Assembly: GCA_023920165.1 (NCBI GenBank)
Contig: CP089280.1
Span: forward strand, 372,001 to 436,000
Direction of reading: 5' to 3'
Length of the DNA stretch: 64,000 nucleotides
Source: Curvularia clavata
Lineage: Eukaryota
Positions 1 through 12,637 of the stretch are shown piece by piece. Position numbers and translations under genes: made by a program. The notes beneath the pieces are model-generated. The model did not search any database. It was not told where the DNA came from and saw nothing but the letters and a program-made list of their open reading frames with translations. Positions within the stretch are counted from its first letter, which is position 1. Every line of letters starts with the position of its first letter.

Positions 1-3000
1 AGCTACCAAGACCACGGTAGTCACCACCACGTACACAACAACCACGACCTTCCCGCCCCTGTGCGTAAACGCCCCCGGAAGCCTGGCCGAGCGAGACCCC
101 AAAGACTACCCCTTGGCTCACGTACAGGCACCAGAGTCAATACGCAAGTTCTACTTTGAGTCTGGCGGCGAACTGGCTTGCTTTGAAGAGGCAGATGCTG
201 CATCAGAGAGAGTCCGAGAGGTATGCTTTGCACAAGTCTAGGGATATGCCTGCAGCCGACGCCTTTTGCGTTACAGCTACTCATGTCACCACCTTCCTTG
301 TCACCCCGATCTTGACTGACGCTTTAGTTGCAGCAGAGAACTCTCCACGAAACCCTCCGATCAAAGGGCAAACTCCAGAAAGTCGAGTCTTTCAACGGCT
401 CTCCAGTCTTCGCCACTCCCAACCGCACGACGCGTCCCAGGATACGGCCACATCACCAAGGACTACGCTCCGTGTCTGCTCGCCGAAAACGAGAAAATGC
501 AGATGAATCGTCACCGCCTCCGTCAATAAGCAGGGCTGTCGAGCTGGTTGGCATGCATCGTCAAAGCAAGAAGCCGAGGTTGGATCGCGACAAGGGGACA
601 GACCCTGCCCAAATGGCCCCCAACGGTGCAACAGACGAGAATGAGGCTTCGTGTCCCGCCACGCCAGAAACACACAAGAGAGAGTCCAGCTCATCCTATC
701 TTTTAAAATCACGACCAGGCCCTGCCTCCAAGCCCAGCCTGAGAGCTACATCCCAACACTTTGGACCCGGCAGAACGCCATCCAGGTGGCGCCTCCGGGA
801 GTCGTCTGCTGGACCCGCGCAACCTGAAAATAATCCTCCCAGCCAGCGGGAGCACTCTCCAGAACATTCATTCCCAACAGGAGTCGTCGACGGCCCTGGC
901 GTAGCGGCTACACCCCCAATTGCTGAGTCAGACCTGGAACCGGTTGGTCCTTTTGCTGAAGATGGTTCCTTTTCCGCCTCGAGGCTCGCCCCACTGGACA
1001 CGAATCCTTTGCAGGACGCCAGCCTACCGAGCCCCAGTCTGTCGCCCATCACCGCTGCAGCAAACCTTGCGCAGCAAACTAACAATGGCGCATCATTTTC
1101 GGGTATGGATATGGACGTCGACTATGACGCGAGCGAGCTTTCTGGACTCGACCTCTCCCAAGGTGAGTCCAGCAATTCGCACTCGGGCGACTTTGCTTTA
1201 TTTCCCTACGGCTCAAGACACGACGACTCCAATACCCAATTGCCGACACCCTCAATCATGGACATACCAAACATGCTCAACTCGTTTGATGCCCTGCCCG
1301 AGCAGATGAAGTCATATGTTCTTTATCAAATGCTCCGCCGGTGCAAGAAACCGACTTTACATTTCGTCGCCGACGTAGTAAACCCTGCTCTCAAACGTGA
1401 CTTTATCGCCTCGCTCCCCACTGAGCTGAGCCTGGAAATTATTGGCTACCTAGATGTCAAGAGCATGTGCAGCGCCGCACAGGTATCCAAGTACTGGCGG
1501 AAGTTGACTGACACTCATGAGTCCGCCTGGAAGGATCTGCTCGACAGAGACGGCTACAAATTGCCACACGGCGAACTGGAGCGAGCTGTACAAGAAGGCT
1601 GGGGATGGCAATACCCTCATTCTCCCGATAGCTATGAGCGCGACCTGAGGGCTCAGTCGGTTACTTCCAGGTCAGACAACGAAGCCTTTTCAGGCTTTTC
1701 CAGTTCAAATTTGTCTGGTGCTCTGCATGACCAAGAAGGTGCAGTGACTCGATCATCGTCAACTCGCCAGAAGAGGAAAGCCACCAGTAAGCATGGCAGC
1801 GGTAGTGGCAAGAAACAACGCAAGAACCGGGCTTGTACCAAGACACAGGCTGCGCTATATCTGTGTCCTGCTGACCTTCAGGAAGGGCCACACGCGTTCG
1901 CCAAGCGTGCGGAAGCTGCCATTTCCGATCCCAACGTGGGTCTACCCAGTCTGCGCACTATGCATCTCTTCAAATCCTTGTATCAAAGGCACCACATGAT
2001 TCGAAAGAGCTGGATGGCCGAGGACACTAAGCCAAAGCACATTGCGTTCCGCGCCCATCAACGCCATGTTGTGACTTGTTTACAGTTTGACACGGACAAA
2101 ATTCTTACTGGCAGCGACGATACCAACATCAATGTTTACGATACCAAGACGGGAGCGCTGCGCAACCGTCTCGAGGGCCATGAAGGTGGTGTGTGGGCCC
2201 TTCAGTACGAAGGTAACACTCTGGTGTCAGGCTCCACGGATCGCTCGGTCCGTGTATGGGATATCGACAAGGGAAAGTGTACACACGTCTTCCAGGGGCA
2301 CACGTCTACAGTCCGATGCCTGGTGATACTCAAACCAACACAAATTGGTGAGACAATTGATGGCCAGCCCATCATGATGCCCAAAGAAGAGCTCATCATT
2401 ACCGGCTCGCGTGACTCTTCGCTTCGTGTATGGAAGCTACCTAAGCCGGGAGATCGGAGTATTATTCAAGCTGGAGCATCTGCCAACGATCACGACAACC
2501 CCTACTTCATACGCGCTTTGACTGGGCACCATCATTCGGTGCGCGCCATTGCTGCCCACGGCGACACTCTGGTGAGCGGTAGCTACGACTGTACAGTTCG
2601 AGTATGGAAGATCTCAACGGGCGAGGTACTCCAACGCCTTCAGGGTCACTCGCAAAAGGTCTACAGTGTCGTCCTTGATCACGCTCGTAACCGCTGTATC
2701 AGTGGCTCTATGGACAACATGGTCAAAGTCTGGTCTCTGGAGACGGGTGCTTGTATATTCACACTCGAAGGACACACTTCGCTAGTTGGTCTTCTCGATC
2801 TGAGCCATGAGCGCCTAGTATCTGCTGCTGCTGACTCCACTCTCCGCATCTGGGATCCAGAAAACGGACAGTGCAAGAGTCGCCTTTGTGCGCACACGGG
2901 CGCCATTACTTGTTTCCAACACGACGGGCAGAAGGTCATTTCTGGCTCTGACCGCACTCTGAAAATGTGGAATGTCAAGACGGGAGAGTTTGTTAAGGAT

Positions 3001-3275
3001 TTGTTGACAGACCTGAGTGGTGTATGGCAGGTCAAGTTCAACGAGCGCCGATGTGTCGCCGCTGTTCAGCGCAACAGCATGACATACATCGAGGTACGTA
3101 GAGACGTCTTCCTTCTCATCTTTCATGGCTAATGTTGCGACAGGTTCTCGATTTCGGTGCTTCACGTGACGGTGTCCCCGCCGAACAGCGAGGGCGACGC
3201 ATTGTTGTAAACTCCAAGGGCCACGAGATCGAGGATGTCACCGATACCGAGCCCATGGATGCGGAGCAGGCCTAG
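1..3275 (+). CDS. CDC4: F-box/WD40 SCF substrate receptor Cdc4 (5' end lies before the window); exons <1-220, 328-3093, 3144-3275
   Basis: D-domain (QMKSYVLYQMLRRC), F-box (DFIASLPTELSLEIIGYLD) and WD40 repeats (GHEGGVW, GHTSTVRC). Frame 2 is open from base 2 to a GTATGC donor at 221, and the TTAG acceptor at 327 is in phase. Intron 3094-3143 gives the terminal exon VLDFGASRDG...EQA*. Confidence 0.93.
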
Positions 3276-3855
3276 GCTTATCACTCCTTGTTGCTCCAGA
3301 GGGGAAACCACAAGGGCACATAGACGCAAACAGGATATCTTTGAGGATGGCGTGAATGTTTCCATTTGTACAAAAGCGATACCCAAAACCCGCGCTTTGG
3401 CGAACGAATTGATGACACTGCATCCGAGTTTATTATTTCAGGTGGTAATACGACGTGGACTACTGGCGGCCTGGCCTTGGCCGGCACTTTGCAAGGTGGA
3501 GAGTAGCATCTATTTGTACATGTTGGGTCACAGGTGTTTTGTTTCTTTACATATGCATAGCTAGGGCGTTTTCAACATTCTCAGGCCGCATTGGACAGGC
3601 GCAGAACTGTTTCAAATATTATAAGCTATTTACCAAGTTTTGTTGTTGGCAGTCTGTGAGGCGTTGATTCTAGAAAAATAAAATGGATCGCAGTAGTACG
3701 CCACTTTCGCCGGCGGAATGACGCGCTATTGCCCCACTGCCGCGGTTGCAGCTACAATATCCTAGCTCAGGTCGCATACAACAAGCCAATACAAACTTGC
3801 CCCAGATATAGGACAACGGACCGCTCGAGATGCAGTTTCTAGTCAACATTCCCTG

Positions 3856-6008
3856 ATGCCGACGTATTTCTTTCACCTTACTTTCGAGCTTTACCCCTCG
3901 CGCTCGTCGGCAGAGAAGGCATTTACCCCACCACCGCAGACCGACATCTTCAATTCTGAGCTCCCGGCGCATCGAAGGGCTTCCTGGGGCGCCTACCCCA
4001 GTCCGTCTCCTACAACCCATACCTATAGCGGGCCTTCAACTTCTCGCGACCAGCGAACTACTTCTCATCGGCTCAGCCAGCGCGCGCGACCGTCGTTCTC
4101 TGATCACCACGACAGTCCCGTCCCCGTCATCAAACCCCCAAAGAGACCCGCACACAGACGAACACAGAGCTTTGCACACAAAGACTGGCGCTTCGATACC
4201 ATATCTATCCTCAGCATCGATATGAAGCCTGCCGATGACACTGATCTTGCCCAGTCTCGTGCAAAGTCTCTCAAACACCCTTCCCACGCCTCGAATACTA
4301 GTGGCCTAGCGACTAAGGGCAAGTTCATACCCTCTGACTTGAAGGATACAGAGGTTGGCTGGGGCGTGGTGCATCTATATCGAGATGGGCAGGAAACACC
4401 GGGTTTATACGATGAAGTTGATCGGGGAAATAAGACCTTCAACGAAGAAGACTGCACAACACTGTGCATACTGGCGGTCCCATCGTACATGACACCATCA
4501 GACTTTCTGGGTTTCATGGGCGAACAGACAAGAGAGCATGTCTCGCATTTTAGGCTTATTCGGACGAGCAGAGCCAACAAATACATGGTGCTTATGAAAT
4601 TTCGCGAGGCCAAGAGGGCGCGTGAGTGGAGGAAAGAATGGGATGGTAAGCCTTTTAACAGCATGGAGGTAAGTCAGTCGTATTGGGACCAAACGATAGC
4701 ATCGCAATTGCTAATGGAGTTTAGCCGGAATACTGCCATGTCGTCTTCGTCAAGTCGATCAACTTCCAAAATGGCGACTCGAACAGCGACCCAACTTCAT
4801 ATCCAGATCTCACAAACGATCCCTTTGCACCTGCTGCAACCAAACAGCCCACAGCTCCTCTCCCGTCAACCACGAGTGTTTCTTCGCCTGTTGATGGCCC
4901 TTCGTTAGCATCATCACTGACTGCGAAGCCACACGCTCCGCCTACACCTGCTCTGGTAGAGCTGCCAACATGTCCCGTCTGTCTAGAAAGGATGGACGAA
5001 ACAACAGGTCTTCTCACGATTCTGTGTCAGCACGTCTTTCACTGCGCATGTCTCGAGAAATGGCGAGGTTCTGGCTGTCCAGTGTGTCGATACACCCAAA
5101 ACGATGCCTTTACCTTGCACCACGGCGCCGATGGTGATAGTCCGGACAACGAATGTAGCGTTTGCGGCTCCACCCAAAATCTGTGGATTTGTCTCATCTG
5201 CGGCAATATAGGATGCGGCCGTTACGACTCAGCCCATGCGTTTGCACACTACGAGGCCACGAGTCACACATACGCCATGGACGTGGTGACGCAACACGTC
5301 TGGGACTATGCGGGCGACGGCTACGTTCACCGATTGATCCAAAACAAAACCGATGGCAAACTCGTCGACATGCCCGCCTCGAACCAGTCCTTCAGCGCAC
5401 CCGGCATGACGGGCTATGCCAACGACACGGTCCCGCGCGAGAAGCTCGACAACATGGGCATGGAATACGCCTACCTACTAACCTCGCAACTGGAATCCCA
5501 ACGCGCCTATTTCGAGGAGCAACTCGAGCGTGCCGTTGACAAAGCCTCCAAAGCCGCTTCGGCCGCCGACGAAGCCACCCGCAGCGTGGCCTCGCTGACG
5601 CAAAAACTCGACCTCCTCTCGTCCCAACACGACGACGCTACCGCCACCATTGCATCCCTGACCAAAGAATCCGCTCGCAACGCCCAAAAAGCAGCGCAAG
5701 CCTCCGATCTCGCTCGCGCCCTCACCAAGCAGCTCAAAGAAGAGCAGATTGTAAACGAGTCCCTCATGCAGCGAATTAAGCATCTTGAACTCAAGGCTCA
5801 AGAGGCAGATGCAAAGGTTCAGCAGCTGGAAGCGCAAAAGGCCGATCTCGAGGAGCAGAATCGCGATTTGAGTTTCTTCATTAGTGGGCAGCAGAAATTG
5901 AAGGAGATGCAGGGGAATGAGGTGCTGGGGTTGGAGGAAGGCGAGGTCGAGGGCGCGAGTGTGGAGGTGGGGAAGGGTAAAGCGAAGAGGAAGGGGAGGA
6001 AGAAGTGA
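3856..6008 (+). CDS. ETP1: BRAP2/Etp1-type RING + ZnF-UBP ubiquitin ligase; intron 4669-4724
   Basis: BRAP2 domain (LCILAVPSYMTPSDFLGF...FNSME|PEYCHV), RING (CPVCLERMD...CQHVFHCACL...CPVC), ZnF-UBP (CSVC..WICLICGNIGCGRY..HA..H), coiled coil and basic C-terminus. GTAAGT/GCTAAT/TTAG intron joins the two ORFs. Confidence 0.92.
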
Positions 6009-7218
6009 TGGGAGGGGAGATGTTGGTCTTTCTACTTTAAATCCCTCTCGATATTGTGTTTTAGCGGCATATATGGGTGGAGGATAGGCGTTCCTTTTTT
6101 TTCTCTCTCTTCCAGTCTCTCGCTCGTTTCTCTCGGAAAGGGTATTGGCGTCAAATAGAGAGAGACTGGCGGGAATGGTTCCAAGATACCCTGACTTTCT
6201 GATGGAGTTTGGTGGACAAGTATCAACAACGGGGTTTGTCATATATTGGAAATGAATACATCGTTTTGTATCCTTCATCCTTAGCTTTCACCATGACTAG
6301 GGTATACCAAAAAGGGATACATACGTATTTTGTCCACATGTGTACGAAACAGTGCTTCGTCATGCATCTCGTCTCCTTTTCTTGGGCACTTGAATAAAAA
6401 CAGGAGACAAAGTAGGTAAGCAATCAAGCAACCACACAGTCAAGGCCATCTCACAAAAAAAGCACTCCGTTAGTTTCATATACATGACTGTATAACATTC
6501 ATATGTATTTACTCCTGTCCGCCTCAAACCCCCATTGCTCCATCCTCCTAGCTCCTCCCTAATTACTCCTTCCCTGCCTCTCCCCGTTTGTAAAAAAAAG
6601 AGGTACATGAAAAAGAAGAAGAAGAAAAAAAAGAACACAAACAAGAACAAAGGCGTTTTCTTCTCTTTGTAGAAAAGAGAGGGAAAACACCAGCCGTTTC
6701 GGGTCGTCAAAGTCGTATTTTTCATGCTAAACAAGTGATCGGATGGATAGAGAGAGACATCGAGATAGAGTATGAGAGAGAGCGCGAGAAACAAAAAAAG
6801 AGGTCGTAAAATAGAAACATGATGCTGGCTGCTGCTTTTTTACTCACAGGGCACCACAGAACGTGGTGGCCGGGAGAGCAGAGCAAAAGGAGGGCGAGGA
6901 ATGCAGATGTTGAGGTGAGGCGCCGATGCAATGTCCATGGGACGGGGGAGAGAAACCAAAACGCCGTAACCAATGTGCGCCCATCATGCTTTGCTTTGCT
7001 ATGCCTGTCTGGCCGTCATGTTGACGACAGGCGGCTAAAAGAATTGTTGTGGTTGTTGCGGTACAACAAACTGGAAGGAGGTGTGTATGAATCGTTATAT
7101 CCAGTAGTAAACATTGGCAGAAAGTGAAGTACATTGCCAGTCTGGAGCGTCAAGCAAGAGTGTCGAGGAACTTCAAGTCGAATACTGAGTTTCCAATACG
7201 GAGTGTTGGCCGACCATC

Positions 7219-9954
7219 CTAGATCCAGTCATCGTCGACGACCTTCTTGGAGTGTCCAATCGAGATCTCCTTATCGAAGCCTAGTCCGAGACCAAGGCCA
7301 ATGTCCATCTTTGGCGGTGCGTGAAGCTGAGGGGGAGCCTCGGTCTTCTTCTTAGGGCTCTGCTTGTGCGGGCTGACACTGCTCTTATTGTCTCCAGCAC
7401 CCATGCGCACAGTCTTGACATCCCAGTCATCCTCAAGAGCGGCGCCGATCCATACCTTGACACTGTCATGAACAGCGCCATAGTACTTGGGGTTGCAAGC
7501 GCGGAGGTGACCCATAACCTTTTCGAAACCGGAAACTTTGAGCTCCTGGCGGAACTCATTGCGGGCGGCGCGAGTGGGCATCGATGCAATGATACCATTG
7601 AGGAGATCAATGTGGGTGGCGAGGTAGTTGGTTGCGTCCCATTCTACACCACCGACGTAGGGCGCGGCTGGCACAATCGCTCGCTGACCAGGGAAGTGAG
7701 TCTTGGCATAAGACTTGCCCTCTGTTGACCTTGGTGGGATAGGGACAACGTTCAAATGGTGGATGAAAATCCAAAAGACCTCCTTGGTGACATTAGAGAG
7801 CTCCTTGCACCAAACTTGGTACGGACGTGGCTGGTGCATCTGGAGGATGAACGGGACTGTCGAGGTCTCCTTCTCCTTGACTGGGTCCTTGAGATACTTG
7901 ACCAGTTCAGCGGCACGAGTGCCTAGTTCAGCCTCTGGAGCCATGGAGAGGTGGGCGAAGATGATCTCGATGATAAGCTCACGCGTAGTAAACTCACTCG
8001 GACCTTTGTGCTCCTCGTCAAAGAGCATGGCCAGCAGGGCTGGGTACAGCGTTGACGAGATCTCGCGGAGCTGCTTCAAAGCTGTTGCAGTGGTGCATAG
8101 ACCCTTGAGACAGCGAAGCAGTTCGTGAAGCAAAGTGTCCTCGTGGTCTTCACGCCACTCCATCTCCATGATTCGATGGAGGAGGCCCACCAGTTCGGTC
8201 ATGCCACCGTCTTGGATGAAGTTATCGACCCAGTCCACAGTCTCATTGCGGATCAACAAACGAAGTTTGTGGAGCTTGCCGACCTCGACGTCCTGGGGCT
8301 TGGTCGTCTTCTTCAAGTAAGCAATAAACTCATCAGCCTTGACCGATTTCGCTCCGTTGGAGACGGAACGCTCCGAAGTATTGGACCTCAATGACCTCAT
8401 AGAGGGAGACTTTGGGATGCTTGCAGTCTTTGCGGACGTCTTACGTTCGCCCAAGTCACCCTTTTGCTTCTTTGTAGGAGAGTCATTTCTGTTAAAAGTG
8501 AATGTTCTGCTCCTAGGGCGCTCACGCTTAGTAGAGTAACCTGACTGGTCGGCTTCCTGGTCAACCTCTTCTGGCGATCCATGGCGTGACTTGGACGACT
8601 TTTGGGGTGCCTGCTTGGCACTGTCGCTGGTGGATGAATTCCCAGACGTGTTGCGCGAAGTTTGAGGCGTGTCCAGTTTGTGCATACGCACAAAGTCGGC
8701 CTTGACCTCAAGCTTCAGTGTTCGCATCTGTGCTCGCTGGTGTGTGGGGATATTTCGTGATTCCTGTAGGGTCAGCGCATGAGCAGGTGAGCGAAACAAA
8801 AAACTACTCACAAGAACCTCTTCGAATTCGGCATCGACAACTTTGGGATCGGGCTTGACAATGGGAGCAGGGGGACCGTCTGCCTGCTTAGCCTTGCCAT
8901 TGAAAGCAGCCACAGCAGCCATGACTCTACTTGTCTTCTTTGGTGAGGCTGGGGGTGGCTGCGGCGGGGGCGCCATGGGCTTGACACTGAAATCTTTGTT
9001 GCCGCTGTCGGTGCTGGCTCTACTGAACATGGGCCTTGAAGGCTTATTCTTAGTGGGAGAAGGGTCCCTGAAGCGGCCCTCGTTGCCCTGGGTGTCAGAC
9101 AGCGGCATGCGCTCGTTGCTCCGCTTGCGGGAGAAGGTGTCGAGGAGCAGCGAAGTCGTAGACGAACTAGGCGCAAACATGGACTTGGGTCGCTCTTTGG
9201 CTGCGGGGCGCTGTGCGGGCTGGCCATTGTCCAAAATGTTGCGCTGCTTGGAGGGGGACTGGTCACGCGCGGCGGTACGGGTACTGCCTGGGTCGATGCT
9301 GCGCCGCCGCTCGTTCAAAGTGGACTTGTTGGTGACAGGCTGGGAGCTGAACTCTGCCCAGATGGGCGTGGGAGGAGGCGGCGCATAGGCGGCGCGGGAG
9401 GGCTCAGTGTTTTCCTTGTCCTTTGCATTCTTAGTGGGCGACCTGTCGCGCGACTTGCCCTTGCCGAACATGGAGGTCAGATTGGATGAGGATTTGGGCC
9501 GCTTTGGCTTGTCGTCATCTTCTTGTGACCGCCTGGACTCGGCCGGCTTCTTCTCCTTGGGCTTCTCGTCGGCACGCTTTGCCAGGGACCGCAGGGAGAC
9601 GGAGCTGAGCGACTTCTTGTGCAGGCTCTTTTTGGTATCGCTTGATCTGTTGTCCTGCGACTTGCGGGGCGATGGTGGGTTGGAGTCGTACTGGGAGGAA
9701 GTCCGCAGCTGGCTGTGGGGGTGGTCCGGGGGAAGCAGTGGCTCGTGGAAGGCAGGGGCGGGCAAGAATGGCGGCTCGGTTGCAATTGGTGTGTATGGCA
9801 AGGCCGAGCCCTCGGTGGGCGAGCGCCTGTGGCTCTTTGAGGAGGAAATGAGCGACCTGAGGACGGCGGATCTGTTGCGGCGGTGGCCTGTCGTGGGCGC
9901 GGCAGAGGCAACGGCAGCGGTCGAGGTGGTGGCAGCCATGTGTGGCGCGGCCAT
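7219..9954 (-). CDS. Rho-GTPase-binding (formin GBD/FH3-like) domain protein lacking FH1/FH2, Rid1-like; 48-nt in-frame intron 8764-8811
   Basis: Long S/K/P-rich disordered N-terminus, then KLHKLRLLIRNETVDWVDNFI..GG...EWREDHEDTLLHELLRCLKGL, typical of Drf_GBD. GTGAGT...GCTGAC...TACAG intron lies inside the ORF. The start at 9954 (ccATGG) is inferred; the ORF track starts at 10077. Confidence 0.75.
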   Translation of the reverse strand: MAAPHMAATTSTAAVASAAPTTGHRRNRSAVLRSLISSSKSHRRSPTEGSALPYTPIATEPPFLPAPAFHEPLLPPDHPHSQLRTSSQYDSNPPSPRKSQDNRSSDTKKSLHKKSLSSVSLRSLAKRADEKPKEKKPAESRRSQEDDDKPKRPKSSSNLTSMFGKGKSRDRSPTKNAKDKENTEPSRAAYAPPPPTPIWAEFSSQPVTNKSTLNERRRSIDPGSTRTAARDQSPSKQRNILDNGQPAQRPAAKERPKSMFAPSSSTTSLLLDTFSRKRSNERMPLSDTQGNEGRFRDPSPTKNKPSRPMFSRASTDSGNKDFSVKPMAPPPQPPPASPKKTSRVMAAVAAFNGKAKQADGPPAPIVKPDPKVVDAEFEEVLVSSFLFRSPAHALTLQESRNIPTHQRAQMRTLKLEVKADFVRMHKLDTPQTSRNTSGNSSTSDSAKQAPQKSSKSRHGSPEEVDQEADQSGYSTKRERPRSRTFTFNRNDSPTKKQKGDLGERKTSAKTASIPKSPSMRSLRSNTSERSVSNGAKSVKADEFIAYLKKTTKPQDVEVGKLHKLRLLIRNETVDWVDNFIQDGGMTELVGLLHRIMEMEWREDHEDTLLHELLRCLKGLCTTATALKQLREISSTLYPALLAMLFDEEHKGPSEFTTRELIIEIIFAHLSMAPEAELGTRAAELVKYLKDPVKEKETSTVPFILQMHQPRPYQVWCKELSNVTKEVFWIFIHHLNVVPIPPRSTEGKSYAKTHFPGQRAIVPAAPYVGGVEWDATNYLATHIDLLNGIIASMPTRAARNEFRQELKVSGFEKVMGHLRACNPKYYGAVHDSVKVWIGAALEDDWDVKTVRMGAGDNKSSVSPHKQSPKKKTEAPPQLHAPPKMDIGLGLGLGFDKEISIGHSKKVVDDDWI

Positions 9955-10404
9955 GGAGTCAAGGTCCAGCAGGCCAAAAGGGAGGGGCGAAGAAGAGAAG
10001 GCGTGGAAGTGGACAAGCAAATCTAGGGCAGAAGTTTGGGGGTCATGGGCGAGAAATGCGGACGGGCGTGGTTGCATAGGCCGGCTTGGGCGTGCCGGTT
10101 TGGTGGATAAACACTGCGGGCGATCGTCCCAGCAACGCCGCGCTAGTGTGGGGAGCCCTGGAGCAAACGCCCATGCATGGCCATGCAGTCCACCGTCATT
10201 CCACTAACGCCCATCCGACGCGCAAATTCATGCATCCTCTGGCCAGAGAGCACAAGACGCCCTGCGACAGGTGTCAACAACAAACACGCTCGATTCGGTC
10301 CTGTGCTGCGTCTCTATCAATGCGCACCCCACATTCACCTCGTCAGGTGACCCTGCCTATGCACTCCCTCCACTCTACTACGACACGACTACTCAGATGC
10401 CCTC

Positions 10405-12637
10405 CTACTTGCCCACCCCTCGCACCGTCCTCCTGCGCTGCTCCATCTCGCCAATTCTGACCAGATTGCCCACCACGTTCGTCCCCGATTCTCCACACCC
10501 AGTGGTAGCCACACAGATGCCTGCTCCCGGCTCGACGCCACAATTGCACACGTTCCTCACACACACGCTCCCGATCGGGCACCCCTCCGGCCCAAACACG
10601 CTCCTCTGGCATCGCACAAGACTCACATCCCCACAGCTGTACGCATTCTTGTCAAAGCATACGCCATTGCCCTCAATCGTCGTCGCGCAAATACATCGTC
10701 GCGACCCGCTGGCTCCAATTCCGCACAGCCGGTCAAAGTTGCAGCTCGAGTCGCATAGCCGCGATGCACACACGCCGTTGACGCACTGCCGCCCGGATGT
10801 GCACGCATTGCCGCACCGCCCACAGTCAAGCGTGTCTGCCGTCGTGTCCCGGCACACGCCATCGCACAGCTGAACGCCCAGTCCCTCGCACGGAGGTGCG
10901 CTAGGCGTCGCGCTGCTCGTTGAGACTACAGACGATGCCACTTGTGTTGAAGATGTTGCCGACACAGTGCTCAGCGATGAGACAGCAGACGACAAGCTGC
11001 TGCTTGGCCCCTGAGACGACGTGATGATGCTAGAAATAGTCGCCGATGATGTCGTGACCTCTGATGTGCTCGTAGACGACAAGGACAAGCTAGTCGAAGA
11101 TACAATGCCAGTCGGAGAACTTTCTGAAATAGCTGACGAGCTGTTCGAGAACATTGACGAGCTGCTCGTGGGCGCTATGCTTGTCACGTTCATACTGCTG
11201 GTCGATATCATGCTCGTGACATTAGAACTAACAGATGGGCTACTGGTTGGCTCCACACTAGTAACATTCAGGCTGCTGGTGGGCTCCATGCTCGTAATCT
11301 CTGCGCTGCTCGATAGGGTGCTGGTCGGCGCCATGCTGGTAATATTTAGACTGCCGGATGGGCTGCTGCTAGGCACCATGCTGGTGATATTCAGACTGCT
11401 GGATGCCATGTCTGTGGGTACAATGCTTGTCCCATTCGAACTGCTAGTGGGCTCCATAGTCGTAACATTGGAGCTACTAACTGGGCTGCTAGTAGGAGCC
11501 ATGCTGGTACTATTTGCGCTGCTAGTCACCACCATGCTCGTTACGTTGGCACTGCTAGACGGGCTGCTCGTGGGTTCTATGCTCGTAACATTCAGGCTGC
11601 TAGATGGGCTACCGGTAGGAACTATGCTTGTGATATTCAAGCTGCTAGATGGGCCACTAGTCGGCTCCATGCTGCTAACATTTGCACTGGTCAGGCTTGC
11701 AGTAGATAAACTCGACGCTGTCGCCGTGACAATCGTGCTGCTAAAGTTGCCGGTCGCGCTGGCCGAGGTGTTGCTATCCAAAGAGCTGCTGGGTCCTGCC
11801 GAAGATGTGGCTGATTCGGACAATGAGGTGCCTGTGGCGTTAACAGAAACACTACTCATACTCAAAGACATTGTCGAACTTGAACCTGTGCTATTGGGGC
11901 CATTAGTTGATACCGAAGATATCGTAGCCGAAATCGACGACTCAGACGACAGTGGCACACTTGGGCAAAAGCTCCCAGTGGTCACAACAGCCGTGATCGT
12001 AGTCGTTGCCGTGTTCGTCACAGTCTAGCAAAAACCAACAATTAGCCTCGTTCCTTTTCTTCACAAACTCTATTGCAATCTCCGTGTCTAACTTACCGCT
12101 CCAAGATATGTCACCACATCTGCTGTGATATTCGCACAGGAGCAGGCGGACGAGTAGGCCGCAGTATTGCACGCCTGCGTGACAGATACAGGCAGGGTAC
12201 CAAACACAGTCGTGGTAGAGAAGTCCGTGGGGAGCGCCTGGCGCGCCATGATCCGATTGCCCCGTGCCGCACTCGACATAGGCTGTGGTGTCTCACTCGG
12301 CGTAACGGGCCCTCCTGAAGTGAACGGACATGGCGAAGTCGTCGTCAACACAGTCCGAGTGAGACGCGTAATAGTGATACTGTAGCGAGTTAGCCTACGC
12401 TGTAATCTTGAAAGACGAAATCCTCCAGGTGCGCGCAACACACATGGGATGCCAAATCACACTGGTGGTGAGAAAGTCTTCGCAGTCTTCTACGCCTCGC
12501 ACAATGCGTGGGAAGCTGCCGTCTCCATAGACGGCGTTGTAGCAAGAGTTTCCGGGTGAACACTCTTGTTGGGGGCCTAGTCTGGCTGCGGAAGCCGTGG
12601 CGAGAGCAAAGAGGGTACCAAAGGTAGATGGCTTCAT
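10405..12637 (-). CDS. Secreted Ser/Thr-rich mucin-like protein with N-terminal Cys module and C-terminal Cys-rich (Stig1-like) domain; introns 12380-12443, 12025-12096
   Basis: Signal peptide MKPSTFGTLFALATASA. Both introns restore the frame across three ORFs. Contains the AYSSACSC motif, a ~330-aa S/T stalk and a Cys-rich C-terminus. Confidence 0.8.
11160..11680 (-). repeat. Degenerate coding tandem repeats (~11-15 aa, consensus S-[LA]-N-[IV]-T-S-[MI]-x-P-T-S-S)
   Basis: About a dozen imperfect copies visible in the translation (ANVSSMEPTS, LNITSIVPTG, LNVTSIEPTS, LNITSMAPTS...). Boundaries are approximate. Confidence 0.75.

Noticed and set aside
5478..6278. Long antisense ORFs over ETP1 (and similarly over RPL8, OSH3 and the NACHT 3' end)
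   Set aside because: Expected by-product of GC-rich third codon positions; no recognisable motifs.
6590..6810. A-rich and GA-rich tracts between ETP1 and the GBD gene
   Set aside because: Ordinary low-complexity sequence in convergent 3' UTRs; no TIR, LTR or target-site duplication.
11021..12028. 335-aa hydrophobic Leu/Val-rich ORF on the + strand resembling a membrane protein
   Set aside because: Antisense shadow of the Ser/Thr repeat codons of the minus-strand mucin gene.
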